Below, in pieces: positions 61,705 through 64,000 of a DNA stretch of 64,000 nt. The DNA is taken from contig OY969763.1 of NCBI GenBank assembly GCA_963702845.1, positions 2,240,001 through 2,304,000 of the forward strand, read 5' to 3'. Made by a program: the position numbers and the translations under genes. This DNA comes from an uncultured Verrucomicrobiae bacterium. Lineage in GTDB: Bacteria > Verrucomicrobiota > Verrucomicrobiia > Limisphaerales > Palsa-1400. The notes under the pieces are model-generated. The model saw only the letters and a program-made list of their open reading frames with translations. It did no database searches and had not been told where the DNA came from. Every line of letters starts with the position of its first letter. Position 1 is the stretch's first letter.

Positions 61705-61952
61705 TTAAAAGGCTATCGGATACAAGCAAGTCGTTGAACGTACTTTAAAAGTTCTCCTTCGCCCTCTTCGCAACCTTCGCCCCCCTTCGCGCGAAATCCC
61801 ACTTTCAACCAATTTATTTTTCGCCAAAACTCCTATTTCCCAGCCAACTCACTCAGTAGCAGCAACTAACACAAATTATGTAATATTTTCACTTGGACAG
61901 TCTTTGTCCAAGTGACGGCGCTACACTCATCTGAAATAAATAAAGATGAGTT

Positions 61953-62618
61953 ATGAATAACGAACCTATTTCGACAATTGCGACCCGCGAGGCAGCGCCG
62001 GAAACTCCCATCCCATCCAAACCCCGTAAGCCTCGCGTTCTCCCTAGCAAGATATCCGAGCTCCCGTCGGACCTTCGTACACTTGTGAACGAATCCCTTT
62101 ACAACCATGTTCCATACCCAAAAATAATCGAACTCCTCGCCCAAAAAGGTCATCCCGGCTTCAACCGTTCCAACATCAGCCGCTGGAAAAAGATTGGCTA
62201 CGAGGAGTGGCTTTTGCACCAGCAGCGCATCCAATCCGTCTGCCTCAAGGTCGACGACGTTCACAAACACATCGACAAATTCGGCGCACAAGGTGTCGAC
62301 CAATGCGACCGCCTGAACAAAATCTATCTCGCCGCCCACATCACTCAAACGATTCAAGGCTTCGATCCCAACATGCTTGTCGGCGATATCAACAAAAAAC
62401 CCTCACGCTTCTACAAACTCGCTCGCATCATCAACACCCAATCCCTCGAGCGCCAGCGTCAGGAAAAAATCGACCTCATCCGCGAAAAATTCTCCGCCGC
62501 CCAACCCACTGGCCCCACCGCAGCCGGTGAACAAGCTGTCAGACTCGCCTTCGGCATCCCCGACTCCTGGTCGCCGTCTGGCACCCGAAACACCGTAACG
62601 CAAAATCACGGGTCATAA
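61953..62618 (+). CDS. DUF3486 / Mu gp27-like small terminase-related HTH protein
   Basis: SKISELP..LR..VNE.L...Y..I...L...G....NRSNISRW; upstream of the Mu-type terL. Confidence 0.6.
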   Translation: MNNEPISTIATREAAPETPIPSKPRKPRVLPSKISELPSDLRTLVNESLYNHVPYPKIIELLAQKGHPGFNRSNISRWKKIGYEEWLLHQQRIQSVCLKVDDVHKHIDKFGAQGVDQCDRLNKIYLAAHITQTIQGFDPNMLVGDINKKPSRFYKLARIINTQSLERQRQEKIDLIREKFSAAQPTGPTAAGEQAVRLAFGIPDSWSPSGTRNTVTQNHGS

Positions 62619-62700
62619 CGGCTCATAACGGCTCATAACGGCTCATAACGGCTCATAACGGCTCATAACGGCTCATAACGCTTTATAACGCTTTATAACG
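62611..62700. repeat. 10-bp tandem repeat x9
   Basis: ggtcataacg, 6x gctcataacg, 2x ctttataacg. Confidence 0.95.
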
Positions 62701-62722
62701 CCAAAAAATAAAAAAATTATTT

Positions 62723-64000
62723 ATGAAAACCACAAATCAACTAAACACACTCACATCCTTCCTCGCCAAACAAGCAGTGCTGGCCGCCGCCAACTTCATC
62801 GGCAAAGCCAAAATCCGCCCCACCGGCTACTTCCTTCCCACACAAGCCAAGTGGGTCTTTGACAATTCCCCGCGCAAATTTTGCGTCAAAGGCCGCCAAC
62901 TCGGCTGGTCCAAATTCACCATGTTCCGCCACACCTTCAACCTCGGTTACGGCCCGCGCAACATCGACACCTGGGTGAGCAGCACCGACCAAACCCAGGC
63001 TGGCCTTCTCGTCGAAGACGTCGTTTGGTGCGCCGACCTCTTCCAATTCAGCGGCTTCGGCGATCGCCTCATCAAATCCATCTCCCAAGACTGCGTCCAC
63101 TTCACCAACGGCAACCGCATCCACTCCCTCTCCTCCAATCCCAACGCTCAAGCCGGCAAACGCGGCAACCGCGTCCTCGACGAATTCGCCCTCCACGAAC
63201 AACAGGAAAAACTCCTCGCCATCGCCATGCCCGGCACCGACTGGAGCGGCGACGTCGAAATCTTTTCCACCCCACGCGGCACCAACACCCAATTCCATCG
63301 CCTCATGATGGAGATCGAACACAACGCCAACCCGCGCGGCTTCAGCTACTACAAATACACCCTCCAAAACTTCCTCGACGAAGGCGGCCTCTACAAAATC
63401 CAATGCGCCCTCCCGCACAACCATCACGTCCAACAAATGGACGAAGCCCAATACTTCGACTACAAACGAATCGAATGCGGTGACCAGGAAGTTTTCAACC
63501 AGGAATACATGTGCGTCTCCACCGACGAAGCCACCGCCTTCCTTAGCTACGACCTCATCACCGCCGCCGAATATCCATTGAATTCCTCCTCGTCCACGAA
63601 TGAGGTGCCTTCCAATCCGCAATCCGAAATCCCCAATTCGCAATCATCCACCTGGTCCTGCGACCCCTCCACCCTCTCCAAAGACTCCGAACTCTTCATC
63701 GGCGTCGACATTGGCCGCGACAAAGACCTGACCGCAATCTGGGTCCTGGACAAACGCGGCAGCACCTATCACACCGTCGCAATCCAAATCTTCGACAAAG
63801 AACCCTTCGAAAAACAAGAAGCCGCCCTTTACGAACTCCTCGCCTTACCACAAGTCAAACGTTGCTGCATCGACCAAACCGGCATCGGCCGCCAATTCAC
63901 CGAACGCGCCCAACAAAAATTCGGTAAATACAAAGTCGAAGGCGTCACCTTTACTCAGGCCATGAAAGAAGAACTAGCGTACCCAGTGCGCATGGCCTTC
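62723..64000 (+). CDS. Mu gp28-like terminase large subunit (runs off the window end; absent from the ORF track)
   Basis: Hand-translated: KGRQLGWS Walker A, SLSSNPNAQAGKRG, VLDEFA Walker B, FSTPRG, FNQEYMC, GVDIGR, IDQTGIG. Confidence 0.88.
   Translation, partial: MKTTNQLNTLTSFLAKQAVLAAANFIGKAKIRPTGYFLPTQAKWVFDNSPRKFCVKGRQLGWSKFTMFRHTFNLGYGPRNIDTWVSSTDQTQAGLLVEDVVWCADLFQFSGFGDRLIKSISQDCVHFTNGNRIHSLSSNPNAQAGKRGNRVLDEFALHEQQEKLLAIAMPGTDWSGDVEIFSTPRGTNTQFHRLMMEIEHNANPRGFSYYKYTLQNFLDEGGLYKIQCALPHNHHVQQMDEAQYFDYKRIECGDQEVFNQEYMCVSTDEATAFLSYDLITAAEYPLNSSSSTNEVPSNPQSEIPNSQSSTWSCDPSTLSKDSELFIGVDIGRDKDLTAIWVLDKRGSTYHTVAIQIFDKEPFEKQEAALYELLALPQVKRCCIDQTGIGRQFTERAQQKFGKYKVEGVTFTQAMKEELAYPVRMAF

Larger units (their letters stand above)
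60016..61739. repeat. 28-bp direct repeat of a miaA segment (60016-60043 and 61712-61739)
   Basis: gc[c/t]atcgg[c/a]tacaagcaagtcgttgaac, 26/28 identical. Confidence 0.85.

Noticed and set aside
7018..61800. Short REP-like palindromes and repeats (~7018-7046, ~32840-33042, ~37870-37913, ~58228-58378, ~60201-60243, ~61757-61795)
   Set aside because: Ordinary intergenic repeats with no associated transposase in the window
62611..62700. CRISPR array
   Set aside because: Units are contiguous 10-mers with no spacers and no cas genes
7844..63643. Long antisense or alternate-frame ORFs (e.g. 7844-8725, 14056-15231, 36640-37566, 54322-55119, 62741-63643)
   Set aside because: They are shadows of well-supported genes on the opposite strand

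Overview
Bacterial chromosome segment, most likely Verrucomicrobiota (Pedosphaerales/Limisphaerales-like), inferred from the PSD1/planctomycete cytochrome, prepilin/DUF1559-type, TIGR03067-like, Tat-Gfo/Idh/MocA and Ig-repeat genes. 1-13.8 kb is a phage-satellite-like element next to the 3' end of tRNA-Thr(TGT). It carries an XRE repressor, a divergent Xis-like HTH, a primase, a P4/D5 helicase, an iteron origin, TerS, TerL and a portal, with no integrase or capsid in the window. A 5.4-kb accessory block between terL and the portal holds integron-type gene cassettes and long structured non-coding DNA. 14-60 kb is mostly housekeeping: Tat oxidoreductases, an alternative complex III plus caa3-type oxidase operon (four +1 frameshifts in actAB, probably sequencing errors), surA-pdxA, ampG-nagZ, pheA, two Ig-domain proteins, uvrD/pcrA and lgt-miaA. 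The window ends in a Mu-like terminase pair. The most striking signal is at least five integron-style cassettes with perfectly complementary GTT.../...AAC ends, dispersed at four loci with no intI. Three of those loci, plus one more site, share a 20-50 bp attI-like motif, and the cargo includes toxin-immunity genes. All family calls come from motif recognition by eye, not database searches.
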